A stretch of DNA of 63,892 nucleotides, filler included, from Octopus bimaculoides (Eukaryota), in assembly GCF_001194135.2 (NCBI RefSeq). It is 9 parts of 8 records of this genome, joined end to end, with 100 filler letters (N's around TTAATTAATTAA, not from the genome) between each part and the next. Parts side by side here need not be neighbours in the genome. Positions count along the whole stretch, not along the records: positions 8,247 to 19,906 come from NC_068990.1; positions 20,007 to 27,477 come from NC_068983.1; 7 more parts are not named here. One strand, 5' to 3'. Both the position numbers and the translations under genes were made by a program. This document shows, one piece after another, positions 11,674-22,982 of the stretch; position 1 is the stretch's first letter; every line of letters begins with the position of its first letter. The notes under the pieces were generated by a model. That model did not search any database and had not been told where the DNA came from. It saw only the letters and a program-made list of their open reading frames with translations.

Positions 11674-12651
11674 TATTGAATGCTTCTCACAGTTGTTTGT
11701 ATGTAAAAAAAAAAACGTAATATACATGTGTGCATGTGTATGTATGTGTGCATGTTTTCTATTAGTAGAGGTTGTGAAGCATCAGCATGAAAACATGTAT
11801 ACATATGAGAAGATGTCATTCTCCTGTATTAGGCTAGTCTGTTTATCTACTTTATGAGGAAAGGTTGTTTCGGTGAGTGATGTCCTGTACCAATATCGAA
11901 GCATTGCCATCCATTCATCGATCCAGCTGTCCGCACATACATACATGCATAAAACACACATATGTATGTGTATATGTATATATATATATATATATNNNNN
12001 NNNNNNNNNNNNNNNNNNNNNNNNNNNNNNNNNNNNNNNNNNNNNNNNNNNNNNNNNNNNNNNNNNNNNNNNNNNNNNNNNNNNNNNNNNNNNNNNNNNN
12101 NNNNNNNNNNNNNNNNNNNNNNNNNNNNNNNNNNNNNNNNNNNNNNNNNNNNNNNNNNNNNNNNNNNNNNNNNNNNNNNNNNNNNNNNNNNNNNNNNNNN
12201 NNNNNNNNNNNNNNNNNNNNNNNNNNNNNNNNNNNNNNNNNNNNNNNNNNNNNNNNNNNNNNNNNNNNNNNNNNNNNNNNNNNNNNNNNNNNNNNNNNNN
12301 NNNNNNNNNNNNNNNNNNNNNNNNNNNNNNNNNNNNNNNNNNNNNNNNNNNNNNNNNNNNNNNNNNNNNNNNNNNNNNNNNNNNNNNNNNNNNNNNNNNN
12401 NNNNNNNNNNNNNNNNNNNNNNTATATATATATATATGTATAAATATAAATATATATATAATTCTCAAGCTAGTTTAATCACTACTCTATATTTATTATT
12501 TTCACGTGTGTCACACAGGTGATTCTTTGACGTAAAACATTTCTTCTTTTCAATTTCCACTCCTTGAAATTACATGTCATGTACATATGACCCGAAGCTG
12601 TTAGTGAACTAATTTCCTAGTGCAAAGTTGATGTTGTTATTGTAATAATAC

Positions 12652-12838
12652 TTGTTGTTGCTTAGTTTTAGGTCAGCTGTGATTGAACAGACCTGTGATC
12701 AGACATTCCAGTGATCTCTCTCTCTCTTGATACATTATATCTAGGACTATATTATCTGTGTCATTTTTTAGATAGTAGTGTGATTTGAATGAGTTCTGGC
12801 TGTTATTTCTAGCAGTTTGGACGACCATTTACAAATTC
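12652..12838 (-). mobile_element. Family F copy with (CAA)n tail on the minus strand
   Basis: TTGTTGTTGCTTAG...CAGACCTGTGATCA...TATCTAGGACTA...GGCTGTTATTTCTAGCAG. Confidence 0.7.
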
Positions 12839-14571
12839 CTTTGCGGTTGTGATTGCTCTTGCTGATGGTTGTTTTGTTGTTCTTGTGAATGTTTTTCTCC
12901 TTTTTGTTATTCAAATCTGGGGAAGACACTGAGAAAATCGTTCACAATGAACAAGCCCAAGCACTGGAATTTTCTTGGTGACTCAGGTTACGTGTTTATA
13001 AATATACCACAGTCTTATAACAATTCACACTGAAACAGGCAGGAGAAGCATTAATAGCAATAATTTAGCAAGGGACATGATAGCTTTCAATACTGAGGTC
13101 AATCCTTCCTCTTGAGGGTAAAGTTATTTGTAATAGACTCTTGCATCTTATCCATGGCAAAGATTTCTCTTTCCTCAACTTAATGATACAAAAACTGGAG
13201 ATAAGGACCAAACTATGCAGATAAGATGAGTTAATTAGGATTCACTCTGGTTTTCAAACAATTGGTTTGGTGTCCCAAAAGAATGCTTTGAAACTGATTT
13301 GTCCCGATTTAAAAAAAAAATTTATTTTAATTTCAAAAATAAATTTTGATAAGTATTTTTCTGTTTGTTTTTGCTTGCTATAAATATTTTAGTGTTTAGA
13401 AAGTAGTTTCAGTCAAAATTTTTTTTTATTTACTTTTTATCATGTGCATGAAATAGCAAGCAAACCTCACTCAAATTACCCTCTACCATCTTGATAAAGA
13501 GAAGGACACATTGAATAATTTTGAAGTTGTACTTGCCAAGCAAGTGACTTGATCTGAGAACTTAGGTTGAACACGAAGCAATTACATTATATAGGAACCA
13601 TTTTAACTATTTACAAACAGAAAAGTATCAAATTCACTTTCTGTTTATCTTTTGAGATATATTCCTAGATGGTAGTGGGCACTCTTGTTACTTTGATGAA
13701 TGAAGATTCAACAAGATACGACTGAGGCACAAAACCCACATCTACCTCAGATCTGTGGAAAATGATCATCATCTTATAGCCACCTGTATTCAGTGTCAAA
13801 GCTGAATACTTCCAATAGCATCCTCTACCTATCCTTGTTGCCTCTTTCCCTATCATCACTGAACTTATGAAGATGTGGTGGTGTTGGTGCTGGTGTTTTG
13901 GTTTGCTAAACAACTTGTATGATGAATATAATCATGGGAATGGTTAGTGCAGATGCCAGCCCCACCCTCTCCTCTTTCAAGCATGTATTGGTCTGATGCA
14001 ATAATATATTCTTAGATATCTCAAAATAAACAGGACAGTCCTAGCTAGAACGCTTTTTGAAATGATCTTCAAAATAAAATGACAAGGCCAGGAAAATATG
14101 ATTAACATTGTTGCCTGAATTTCTATGAGAACACTGTTGTGCTCGCTTCAGTAATTTAGTTGGACAGCTTGTGTGATTGTATGTAGACTATCTTAATTAG
14201 AGATGACCTGGTGCTAAACAACAACGACCAATATAATAACAGTTGAGAGAGAGAGAGAGAGAGACAGAGAGAGAGATGGGTACAAGCAAGTTGATTTACA
14301 TTCAATATGTCGCACCACTACCACCTCCACCTCCACCACCACAACCACCATCATCATCATCATTATCATCACCATCATCTTTATGACACCCACTTCTCCA
14401 TGCTTCCATGGCTCTTGACAGAATTTATTGAGGCAAATTTTCAACAGCTAGAGATCCTTCCAGTCACCAATCCTCAATTGTTTCCAAGTAAGCTCATATC
14501 CACTCCCCACACCCCATGACCTCACATGTTTTCACAGAATACTGTGAAGAGCCTTGTTAGCATGTTAAAAA

Positions 14572-14602
<31 letters not shown>

Positions 14603-14636
14603 GCAGTGGTGGAGGTATTGATGGTGGTGATGTGAC

Positions 14637-14760
14637 ATCATCATCCTCCTCATCATCATCATCGTTTAAGGTCTGCCTTNNNNNNNNNNTCCTCCTCATC
14701 ATCATCATCGTTTAAGGTCTGCCTTCCATGCTAGCATGGATTGGACGATTTGACTGAGGA
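14637..14760 (-). mobile_element. RTE 3'-end fragment with (GAT)n tail; partly duplicated across a 10-N gap
   Basis: CATCATCGTTTAAGGTCTGCCTTCCATGCTAGCATGG. Confidence 0.85.
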
Positions 14761-14784
14761 AACCTTTCAAAGGAGATGACAAAA

Positions 14785-15137
14785 AACTGAGATATGTGGT
14801 GCATTGCTGTACTCAAGAAGACCTGCCCATCACAAGAGAACTGAGATCCTAAAACCAAAGTGCCACATACAAAAAAAAAAAAAAAATTGGTACTGATACC
14901 ATGTAAAACACAGTGGTGCTGGTGCCATATAAAAAGCACTGGTGCTGGTGCCACATTAAAAGCACCCAGGACATTCTGTAAAGTGGTTGGCATTAAGAAG
15001 GGCATCCAACTGTAGAAGCCAAGCCAAAATAGACAATGAAACCTGGTGTGGACCCTGGCCTTGTCAGCTCCTGTCAAGCCATTCAACCTATGCAAGCAAG
15101 CAAAACAGACGTTAAATGATGATGATGATGATGATGA
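14785..15137 (+). mobile_element. Older RTE-subfamily 3'UTR with (GAT)n tail
   Basis: Repeated GGTGCCA...AAAAGCAC, AAGAAGGGCATCCA, GACGTTAAATGATGAT. Confidence 0.8.
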
Positions 15138-15592
15138 TCCATAATCAGTTTTTGCTGTTTGTTTTATTTTTTTTGTTTGTAATCTCTGGTGGAGTGAGAA
15201 GAACTTGTACAATATAATGTGCATTTTATGTACATATATTTTACATTTGCAAGCGTTTCAACACATATTGATTAAAGCTGACCAGTATTGTAATAATATT
15301 TCATGTGATTTGTACTATTTGACATTTCAAAAGGTCGTTTGATTCTATATCTATATATTTATTACACAACATTTTATAGTCAGATCACACACACACACAC
15401 ACATGCACATACACAAAGTTATCTGTAACCCGTTACAGATAAAGTTATTATAAAGTGTGCTCTGAGAATCCATTATAATTGTGCATCTATATGCAATTCA
15501 AATTTCCATTGCAGGGCTCCAAACAAGTATAATGGTGAAATGCACGCAGGAATTTTAAAATAAACCTGTGTTTATCCTTATTTTTCCTATAA

Positions 15593-15624
<32 letters not shown>

Positions 15625-15649
15625 CTGGCACTCATGACTATTGCTAGTA

Positions 15650-15800
15650 GCATGATCTTTGAAATAAGTCCTGGCTTTAATAAGCATGATCTAAGAAATA
15701 AATCCTGGCTTTAATTTGTTCGACTGAAATCCCTCAAGGCAGTGCTCCAGCATGGCCACAATCAAACGACTGAAACAAGTAAAAAAAATAAAGGAATATA
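15650..15800 (+). mobile_element. SINE family A tail with an internal 34-bp duplication
   Basis: AGCATGATC...CCTGGCTTTAAT at 15649 and 15683, then GCTCCAGCATGGCCAC...GACTGAAACAAGT. Confidence 0.7.
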
Positions 15801-15859
15801 TAAAAAATAAAGTAATTGACATTTATCTCTAAGGCATCATATCCATCCTGACCAATGTT

Positions 15860-15980
15860 TTTCTTTGGTCGGCCTGAGGATATAGTAGAAGACACCTGCC
15901 CAAGGTGCTATGTAGTGGTGCTGAACCTGGAACCATACGGTTGGGAAGCAAGCTCCTTACCACACAGTCACACCTGTGCC
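15860..15980 (-). mobile_element. SINE family A head
   Basis: TTTGGTCGGCCTGAGG...CCTTACCACACAGTCACACCTGTGCC. Confidence 0.8.
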
Positions 15981-16439
15981 AATATGTATACATATTCAAT
16001 ATACAGACATCTACTAACTGTTCAGTATATATCTGGATATATATATCCAGATATATCTTCTCCTGAAACTTCAAATAATGACAGCAATGTTTGAATACAT
16101 ACTGTAAACTATATTTAGGCACGACACTCTGTTTCCAAGAATATCACGGGTATGTAACTACGTGTGTCGTGGTGATATATTAAAATTCAATAATTGCTAT
16201 TTTGGCATTGATAACTTGGTGAATTGATCTATCAAGTTGTTTCATGTTATATTTCATTGGCTCATTCACATTTTTTTCTCAATAAGAAACTCTCACTACA
16301 ATCTTCTATTATAGTGATTCCCAACCTTTCCACGACCAAGAAACCTGTTTATTTAAATGAGTTTTCTTGTGGAGCCCAGGATATTGAAGGGTCTGTCAGC
16401 TTAACATGTTCACAGACCCCCAGTACTATCTTTGCAGAC

Positions 16440-16525
16440 CAACGATTATGTGATACAATGTAATCATAGTATTGTAGTATCAAAGCCAATGATTATGTGA
16501 TAAAACAAAATCATAGTATTGTAGT
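16440..16525. repeat. 47-bp tandem duplication
   Basis: CAA(C/T)GATTATGTGATA...AATCATAGTATTGTAGT at 16440 and 16487. Confidence 0.85.
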
Positions 16526-16590
16526 GCCGACTGGATGGAAGTGTTCATTATCAATTACTTATTATATGCAAATGTTATGTATGTATATGT

Positions 16591-16838
16591 GAAGGCGCAT
16601 GGCTCAGTAGTTAGAGTGTCGAGCTTACAATTGTGATGTTGTGAGTTTGAATCCTGAACCTGGCTGCATGTTGTGTTCTTGAGCAAGACACTTTATTTCA
16701 TGTTGCTCCAGTTCACTCAGCTGTAGAAATGAGCCGCAATGTCATCGGTGCCAAGCTGTATCGGCCTTTGCCTTTCCCTTGGGTAACACCGGTGGCATGC
16801 AGAGGGGAGGCTAGTATGCATGGGCGACTGCTGGCATC
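16591..16838 (+). mobile_element. SINE family C, 3'-truncated and fused to Gypsy sequence
   Basis: Head GAAGGCGCATGGCTCAGTAGTTAGAG...GTTTGAATCC; similarity to the full copy at 28144-28480 stops after GACTGCTGG. Confidence 0.9.
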
Positions 16839-17509
16839 CTGCGGAAGAGAGAGCGCCTGTCTTCATAGAGGTGGAGATGAAGTNNNNNNNNNNNNNNNNN
16901 NNNNNNNNNNNNNNNNNNNNNNNNNNNNNNNNNNNNNNNNNNNNNNNNNNNNNNNNNNNNNNNNNNNNNNNNNNNNNNNNNNNNNNNNNNNNNNNNNNNN
17001 NNNNNNNNNNNNNNNNNNNNNNNNNNNNNNNNNNNNNNNNNNNNNNNNNNNNNNNNNNNNNNNNNNNNNNNNNNNNNNNNNNNNNNNNNNNNNNNNNNNN
17101 NNNNNNNNNNNNNNNNNNNNNNNNNNNNNNNNNNNNNNNNNNNNNNNNNNNNNNNNNNNNNNNNNNNNNNNNNNNNNNNNNNNNNNNNNNNNNNNNNNNN
17201 NNNNNNNNNNNNNNNNNNNNNNNNNNNNNNNNNNNNNNNNNNNNNNNNNNNNNNNNNNNNNNNNNNNNNNNNNNNNNNNNNNNNNNNNNNNNNNNNNNNN
17301 NNNNNNNNNNNNNNNNNNNNNNNNNNNNNNNNNNNNNNNNNNNNNNNNNNNNNNNNNNNNNNNNNNNNNNNNNNNNNNNNNNNNNNNNNNNNNNNNNNNN
17401 NNNNNNNNNNNNNNNNNNNNNNNNNNNNNNNNNNNNNNNNNNNNNNNNNNNGTAACACCGGTGGCATGCAGAGGGGAGGCTAGTATGCATGGGCGACTGC
17501 TGGCATCCT

Positions 17510-17788
17510 GCGGAAGAGAGAGCGCCTGTCTTCATAGAGGTGGAGATGAAGTGTAGGTCAAGCCCCTGAAGGCACGCTGCACATCTCAGAGGAACAATGA
17601 CAGCTGTTAACTCCAAAAATAACGTTTCTGTGGATGGAATGCTGCATCACATCTTGGATGTTTACAGGATTGTTGCTTTGTCGGATGACAAAGGTGGAGG
17701 AGAGGAAGAGAACAAGGCTCCCTCCTTACGGAGATCACAGTGTATGAGGCGTCCACCCAGGTGGATGGCAGATTTTGATGTGGAGTAA
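17510..17788 (+). pseudogene. Gypsy LTR-retrotransposon pol/integrase C-terminus, decayed
   Basis: GDEV*VKPLKARCTSQ/GTMTAVNSKNNVSVDGMLHHILDV...LRRSQCMRRPPRWMADFDVE*; SH3-like integrase tail plus the typical RRSxRxRRPP end. Confidence 0.75.
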
Positions 17789-17822
17789 AGTGAGGAGGTA
17801 TTCTTTGAGATTAGGGGGTGCA

Positions 17823-18130
17823 TGTGGGGATGAGATGAGCCAGAAGGAAAGGGCTGTGATGTCAACAGTCAAGGGGCTTGACCAGAACAGGAAGGGTGAG
17901 AGAGGAAGTGAGGGAAGGAAGACCAGGGTCATCCTCTTTTGCCTTGGGTGCTCATGATGAACGAACATGAGGCAAGCAAGCTGATAGGGACAGGCCCTAG
18001 CAGCTGCTATTGTTATGTGCACGGGCTGGGCACGAGTTTTGGATTGAGTACAGCTTGACAGCAGATGACAAGAAGATAGGCAGATTGTTTCTTATTTCCC
18101 TGCATTACAGTTCCCTCGTACAACAATACA
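17823..18130 (+). mobile_element. Candidate 3' LTR (TG...CA) after a purine-rich tract
   Basis: Follows the pol stop and AGATTAGGGGGTGCA; starts TGTGGGG and ends CAATACA. No second LTR is available for confirmation. Confidence 0.45.
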
Positions 18131-18149
18131 TAGTTATAAACTGGCAATC

Positions 18150-18546
18150 TAGTTCAGTTCTGGTTTGAGGCTTCTTGTATTCATGCTTTATTATTAACAA
18201 AATAGAAGGAAAGCCAAAGCACAAGACCAAAGGGCCATGAATTAATGAAAAATATGAACATTGCTACTGAATAGAAATCTTTGGCAAATGTATTTAGAAT
18301 TTTTGAAACCCATTTGATACAGAAGCCAAACAAATGGGTTGAACGATTAGAATTCTTGTCAATACAACAAAATGAAGACGCAATCAATGACTATTTAAAT
18401 ACATTAAGTGCAAAGTTGAAAGATGTGACTCTGGCATAAAGAAAGATAAAAGAACCTTTGAAGAAATAACGAAAGGATTAAAGTGGGCAGATAAAAAAAG
18501 AAACGTCATAAATAAACAAAATCTTACACTAGGGGCAGCCATAAGG
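18150..18546 (+). pseudogene. Gypsy gag-like remnant
   Basis: PKGHELMKN...KPNKWVERLEFLSIQQNEDAINDYLNTLSAK/ERCD...EEITKGLKW...KQNLTLGAAI, with a stop and a frameshift. Confidence 0.55.
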
Positions 18547-19264
18547 ACATATATAATAAATAGTAAATAATAGTATATATATATATATATATATNNNNNN
18601 NNNNNNNNNNNNNNNNNNNNNNNNNNNNNNNNNNNNNNNNNNNNNNNNNNNNNNNNNNNNNNNNNNNNNNNNNNNNNNNNNNNNNNNNNNNNNNNNNNNN
18701 NNNNNNNNNNNNNNNNNNNNNNNNNNNNNNNNNNNNNNNNNNNNNNNNNNNNNNNNNNNNNNNNNNNNNNNNNNNNNNNNNNNNNNNNNNNNNNNNNNNN
18801 NNNNNNNNNNNNNNNNNNNNNNNNNNNNNNNNNNNNNNNNNNNNNNNNNNNNNNNNNNNNNNNNNNNNNNNNNNNNNNNNNNNNNNNNNNNNNNNNNNNN
18901 NNNNNNNNNNNNNNNNNNNNNNNNNNNNNNNNNNNNNNNNNNNNNNNNNNNNNNNNNNNNNNNNNNNNNNNNNNNNNNNNNNNNNNNNNNNNNNNNNNNN
19001 NNNNNNNNNNNNNNNNNNNNNNNNNNNNNNNNNNNNNNNNNNNNNNNNNNNNNNNNNNNNNNNNNNNNNNNNNNNNNNNNNNNNNNNNNNNNNNNNNNNN
19101 NNNNNNNNNNNNNNNNNNNNNNNNNNNNNNNNNNNNNNNNNNNNNNNNNNNNNNNNNNNNNNNNNNNNNNNNNNNNNNNNNNNNNNNNNNNNNNNNAATA
19201 ACAGAACGTGTGTTTGCGTATATAAGTGTGTGTGTGTATATGCATGGTTTGGTGGTTTATCTGT

Positions 19265-19906
19265 TAGTGTGTATGTGTGTGTTTGTGTGGGTGTGTGTGT
19301 GTGTGACGTAGTGGAAGGAATTAGTAGCAGGAATAGTTAGTGGGTGCTTATGGACAATGGTCAGTGGAAGGTCAGCAGGCAGTTTTTGAGTATGTGTGTG
19401 TTCGTGTGTGTGGGGTTGTAGGTGTTGGGTACGTGTGCGTGCGTGTGTGTATTTTGTACGTGCGCGTGTGTGTATGTGTATGTTTTTGTGCGTGCGTGTG
19501 TGTTTGTTGTGTATATGTGCGTTGCTGTGTACGTGTGTGTGCGTGCGTTTGCTTCTGTATGTGCATGTGTTGTTTATGCCCATGTATGTGTGATTGTATG
19601 CGTGTCTGTGTGAGTGTGTTGTGTTGGTGAGAGGTGTGTGTGCGTGTGTATGTGTATGTGTGCGTGTGTGTGTGTAGAAGTGCGTGTGTGTGTGAGATTG
19701 TGAGTGTTTGGTACGGGTGCGTGTGTGTGTATGCGCGTGTGTGTTTATGTGTGTCTGTATGTGTGTGTCCGTGTGCGTGTGGGTGTGTGTATGTTGTGTA
19801 TATGTGCGTTCCTCTGTGTGTGTGTGTGTGCATGTGTTTGCTTACGTACGTGTGTGCATGTGCGTGTGTCATTTATGCCCCTTGTGTGTGTAGTTGTATG
19901 CGTGTT
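19265..19906. repeat. Degenerate (TG)n block
   Basis: Direct. Confidence 0.95.
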
Positions 19907-20006
19907 NNNNNNNNNNNNNNNNNNNNNNNNNNNNNNNNNNNNNNNNNNNNTTAATTAATTAANNNNNNNNNNNNNNNNNNNNNNNNNNNNNNNNNNNNNN
20001 NNNNNN

Positions 20007-20051
<45 letters not shown>

Positions 20052-20053
20052 TT

Positions 20054-20219
20054 CACGACGTTCTTCTTTCAGTTTCCGTCTACCAAATCTACTCACAAGG
20101 CTTTGGTCGGCTCGAGGCGATAGTAGAAGACATTTGCATAAGGTGCCACGCAGTGGGACTAAACCCGGAACCATGTTGTTGGGAAGCAAACTTCTTTGCA
20201 CACAGCCACGCCTGCGCCT
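20054..20219 (-). mobile_element. SINE family A head
   Basis: Ends CACAGCCACGCCTGCGCCTA. Confidence 0.9.
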
Positions 20220-20571
20220 ATTGTTGATATCAATTATAGGGTTTTTCACCTGCTGCTGTTAGTGAAGGGGGGGTGTAGATGATGAGGATTGTGGATGTAG
20301 TGGTGACTATGATAATGGTAATGATAATGGCATGATAATGACGTTGATGATGATGATGCTGATGATGATGATGACGACGACGACGACGCAAACGAGGACT
20401 TGATGGGGGTGATGTTCATGATGATAATGACGATCCTCATCATCGATATCGTTATCACGATCTTCATTATCGTCGTCGTCGTCATCATCAATATCATCAT
20501 CATCATCATCATCATGAGTCACGCTCCAATACCATCACTACAAGCCAACAAGGAAGCAAACAAGTCATTCG

Positions 20572-20733
20572 CCTTGCTAGACATAGCTCCTCAAATCACA
20601 CCCTGTTGCCCTGTAACAATGGAATGGACTCATTCGACAATATACTCACAAGTAATATGACGTGATTGGAAATGGCAAAAATGATTTTGAATACAGGTCT
20701 GCTTGATCAGAGAAGACCTGGGGCTAAACAGCA
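20572..20733 (+). mobile_element. Family F copy, sense orientation
   Basis: CTTGCTAGACATAGCTCCTCAAATCACACC...CAGGTCTGCTTGATCAG...GACCTGGGGCTAAACAGCA. Confidence 0.7.
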
Positions 20734-21190
20734 TAAATACTACAATGAAAACTAACACCGTCCCCTTACTCCTACTCCTCCTCCTCATCATCATCATCAT
20801 CAGCAGCAGCAGCAGTAGCAGCAGCAGTAGCAGCAGCAGTAGCAGCATATTACCTTATCATTATCGGCGACAGCAGAGGTAAACGGTGTAGTCAGTCGTT
20901 ACTTGTTTAAGACTTACTAGGAAATCGAGTTTCTGTAGAGGAGTGGGCGGATGTGAACGTGATGTTATTTGCGTATGAGGCAGTGTATACATTTTGATTG
21001 GGTGTGCAAGGAATTTCCTGCTGCTTTAATGGGACGAAGGGGTCAAAATCAATGTCTTACTCTGTAGTTCTCAGTTTTTTCGTCTCGATGCTGTTTTTTC
21101 ACCGAAAGACATTTCACAGAAGCCTCTCTGCATATTTTTTCATCTTTTATCTGTTTCATTCATTGGGTACAGCTATACTGTGGGCACCAT

Positions 21191-21546
21191 CTTGAAAGAT
21201 TTAGTCGAACAAATCGTCCCCAGTACTTATTTTTTTAAATCTGATACTTATTCTATTGGAATTTTTTTTTGCCGAACTGCTAAGTTGCAGGAACATTAAC
21301 AAACCAACACCGATTGTCAAGCGTGAGTAGGGATGGGGACAAACACAAACACAAGACACACTCACATACATGCATATATATAGATTCATTCATATATGCT
21401 GGACTTCTTTCAGTTTCCGTCTACCAAATTCACTCACATGGCTTTGATAGGACCGAGGGTATAGTGGAAGACATTCGCCCCTTGTGCCGCGCAGTGGGAC
21501 TGAACTCAAAACCACATGGTTATAAAAGAAACTTATTACATTGCCA
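21191..21546 (-). mobile_element. SINE family A, near full length
   Basis: Head and tail both recognisable. Confidence 0.85.
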
Positions 21547-21605
21547 CTAAAGGACAAAGAAGAAGACCATTTAATCAATTAGATGCTAACTTAACACTCT
21601 GGTGT

Positions 21606-21714
21606 GGAGGCCCAATGGCCCAGTGGTTAGGGCAGCGGACTCGCGCTCGTAGGATGGCGGTTTCGATTCCCAGACCGGGCGTTGTGAGTGTTTATTGAGC
21701 GAAAACACCTAAAG
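21606..21714 (+). mobile_element. Fourth tRNA-headed SINE family, head only
   Basis: GGAGGCCCAATGGCCCAGTGGTTAGGGCAGCGGACTCGCG...GGTTTCGATTCCC (A and B boxes); the body is lost. It is not a complete tRNA because there is no acceptor 3' strand. Confidence 0.75.
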
Positions 21715-21732
21715 ATCACATCGACGCCATTG

Positions 21733-21900
21733 TTCAGCTGGTACATATTTTATCGACCCGAGAGCTCAGCTGGTACTTATTTTTTCGACCCCCCCGTAAG
21801 AGATGAAAGACAAAGTCGACCGCAACGAAATTTGAACTCAGACATAAATGCTGCTAAGCATTTCGCCCGGCGCGCTAATGATTCTGCCAGCTCGTCGCCT
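21733..21900 (-). mobile_element. SINE family D
   Basis: Reverse complement starts AGGCGACGAGCTGGCAGAATCATTAGCGCGCCGGGCGAAATGCTTAGC. Confidence 0.85.
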
Positions 21901-22158
21901 TAATTATAGAATAAGTGTTAAAGTAGTATTATACGCGAATGGATATATCTCGATTAGTATGTACGAACAAATCCTGTAAGTTTATCCTATAAGCTCATAT
22001 TTCCAAATGAATGGGTATAAAAAAGAAAAAAAGTATTAATATATGAGCGTGATTGTAGGTTTCATAAGCGGAGTAGCATGAAAGGAAACGCATTCATGAG
22101 AATGGAAAGTGCGAGTGTATGTTTGAATAAATAGATACGTACGTGTGTGCGTGTGTGT

Positions 22159-22192
<34 letters not shown>

Positions 22193-22412
22193 GTAAATTC
22201 TTTAGTTTAATAGAAACAAGGTAAAAGACAGTGGTAGCTATTATTAATAGTTATCGCCAAGCTAACATGGCAGTTCAGAAAAATAAGACGAATGCTGCCG
22301 TTGATTAGCTCCAAGAGGTCATCGCCTCTTGCTAGCTATGTGACACACGAACCTGTGTCCATTACAACCTTCGAACAGGGGAGGTCAACCGCTTCCCTTT
22401 GCCTGTCTGGCA

Positions 22413-22455
22413 TCTACAGACTAGTTTCAGGGTATTTGCCCTTTATCAATGTAGA
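22413..22455 (-). ncRNA. Type I hammerhead ribozyme motif, U3-A8 variant, copy 1
   Basis: UCUACA-UUGAUAA-AGGG(CAAAUA)CCCU-GAAA-CUAG-UC|UGUAGA: 6-bp stem I, 4-bp stem II, palindromic stem III, GUC cleavage triplet. Confidence 0.75.
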
Positions 22456-22939
22456 GCAGATGTCGCTACTGACCGTCTGTACGAAGGATTATTTACCTAA
22501 ATTCAGTGGAATACATCCACTGGTTTTCAAAAATAGAAATATTAATATTTGTAAGTCTCTCTAAAGGAGACTACAACAGCGGTACTGGATATTAATAGTT
22601 ATCTCCAAGCTAACATGGCAGTCCAGAAAAGAAAAAAAAACGAATGCTGCCGTTGATTATCCCCAAGAGGCCATCGCCTCTAGCTAGCTTTGTGACACAC
22701 GAACCTGTGTGACACACGAACCAGTACCGCTGCCGTAGTCTCCTTTAGAGAGACTTAGAAATATTAATATTTCTATTTTTGAAAACCAGTGGATGTATTC
22801 CACTGAATTTAGGTAAATAATCATTCGAACAGACGGTNNNNNNNNNNATTTTTGAAAACCAGTGGATGTATTCCACTGAATTTAGGTAAATAATCATTCG
22901 AACAGACGGTCAGTAGCGACACCTGCTCGGTTCGGCTGC

Positions 22940-22982
22940 TCTACATTGATAAAGGGCAAATACCCCGAAACTAGTCTGTAGA
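22940..22982 (+). ncRNA. Type I hammerhead ribozyme motif, U3-A8 variant, copy 2
   Basis: UCUACA-UUGAUAA-AGGG(CAAAUA)CCCC-GAAA-CUAG-UC|UGUAGA; predicted cleavage after C22976. Confidence 0.75.

Noticed and set aside
13665-13913. 82-aa minus-strand ORF with a protein-like C-terminus
   Set aside because: No convincing acceptor, no recognisable homology, and it lies among family F remnants.
16783-17552. Apparent 101-bp direct repeat (16783-16883 and 17452-17552)
   Set aside because: The copies are identical and directly flank an N-gap, so this is an unmerged contig overlap.
21606-21680. tRNA gene
   Set aside because: It is a tRNA-derived SINE head; no complete cloverleaf or acceptor stem.
22292-22564. 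90-aa ORF inside the 348-bp monomer
   Set aside because: It is antisense to the HHR strand, has no recognisable motif, and the inverted copy has indels in this region.
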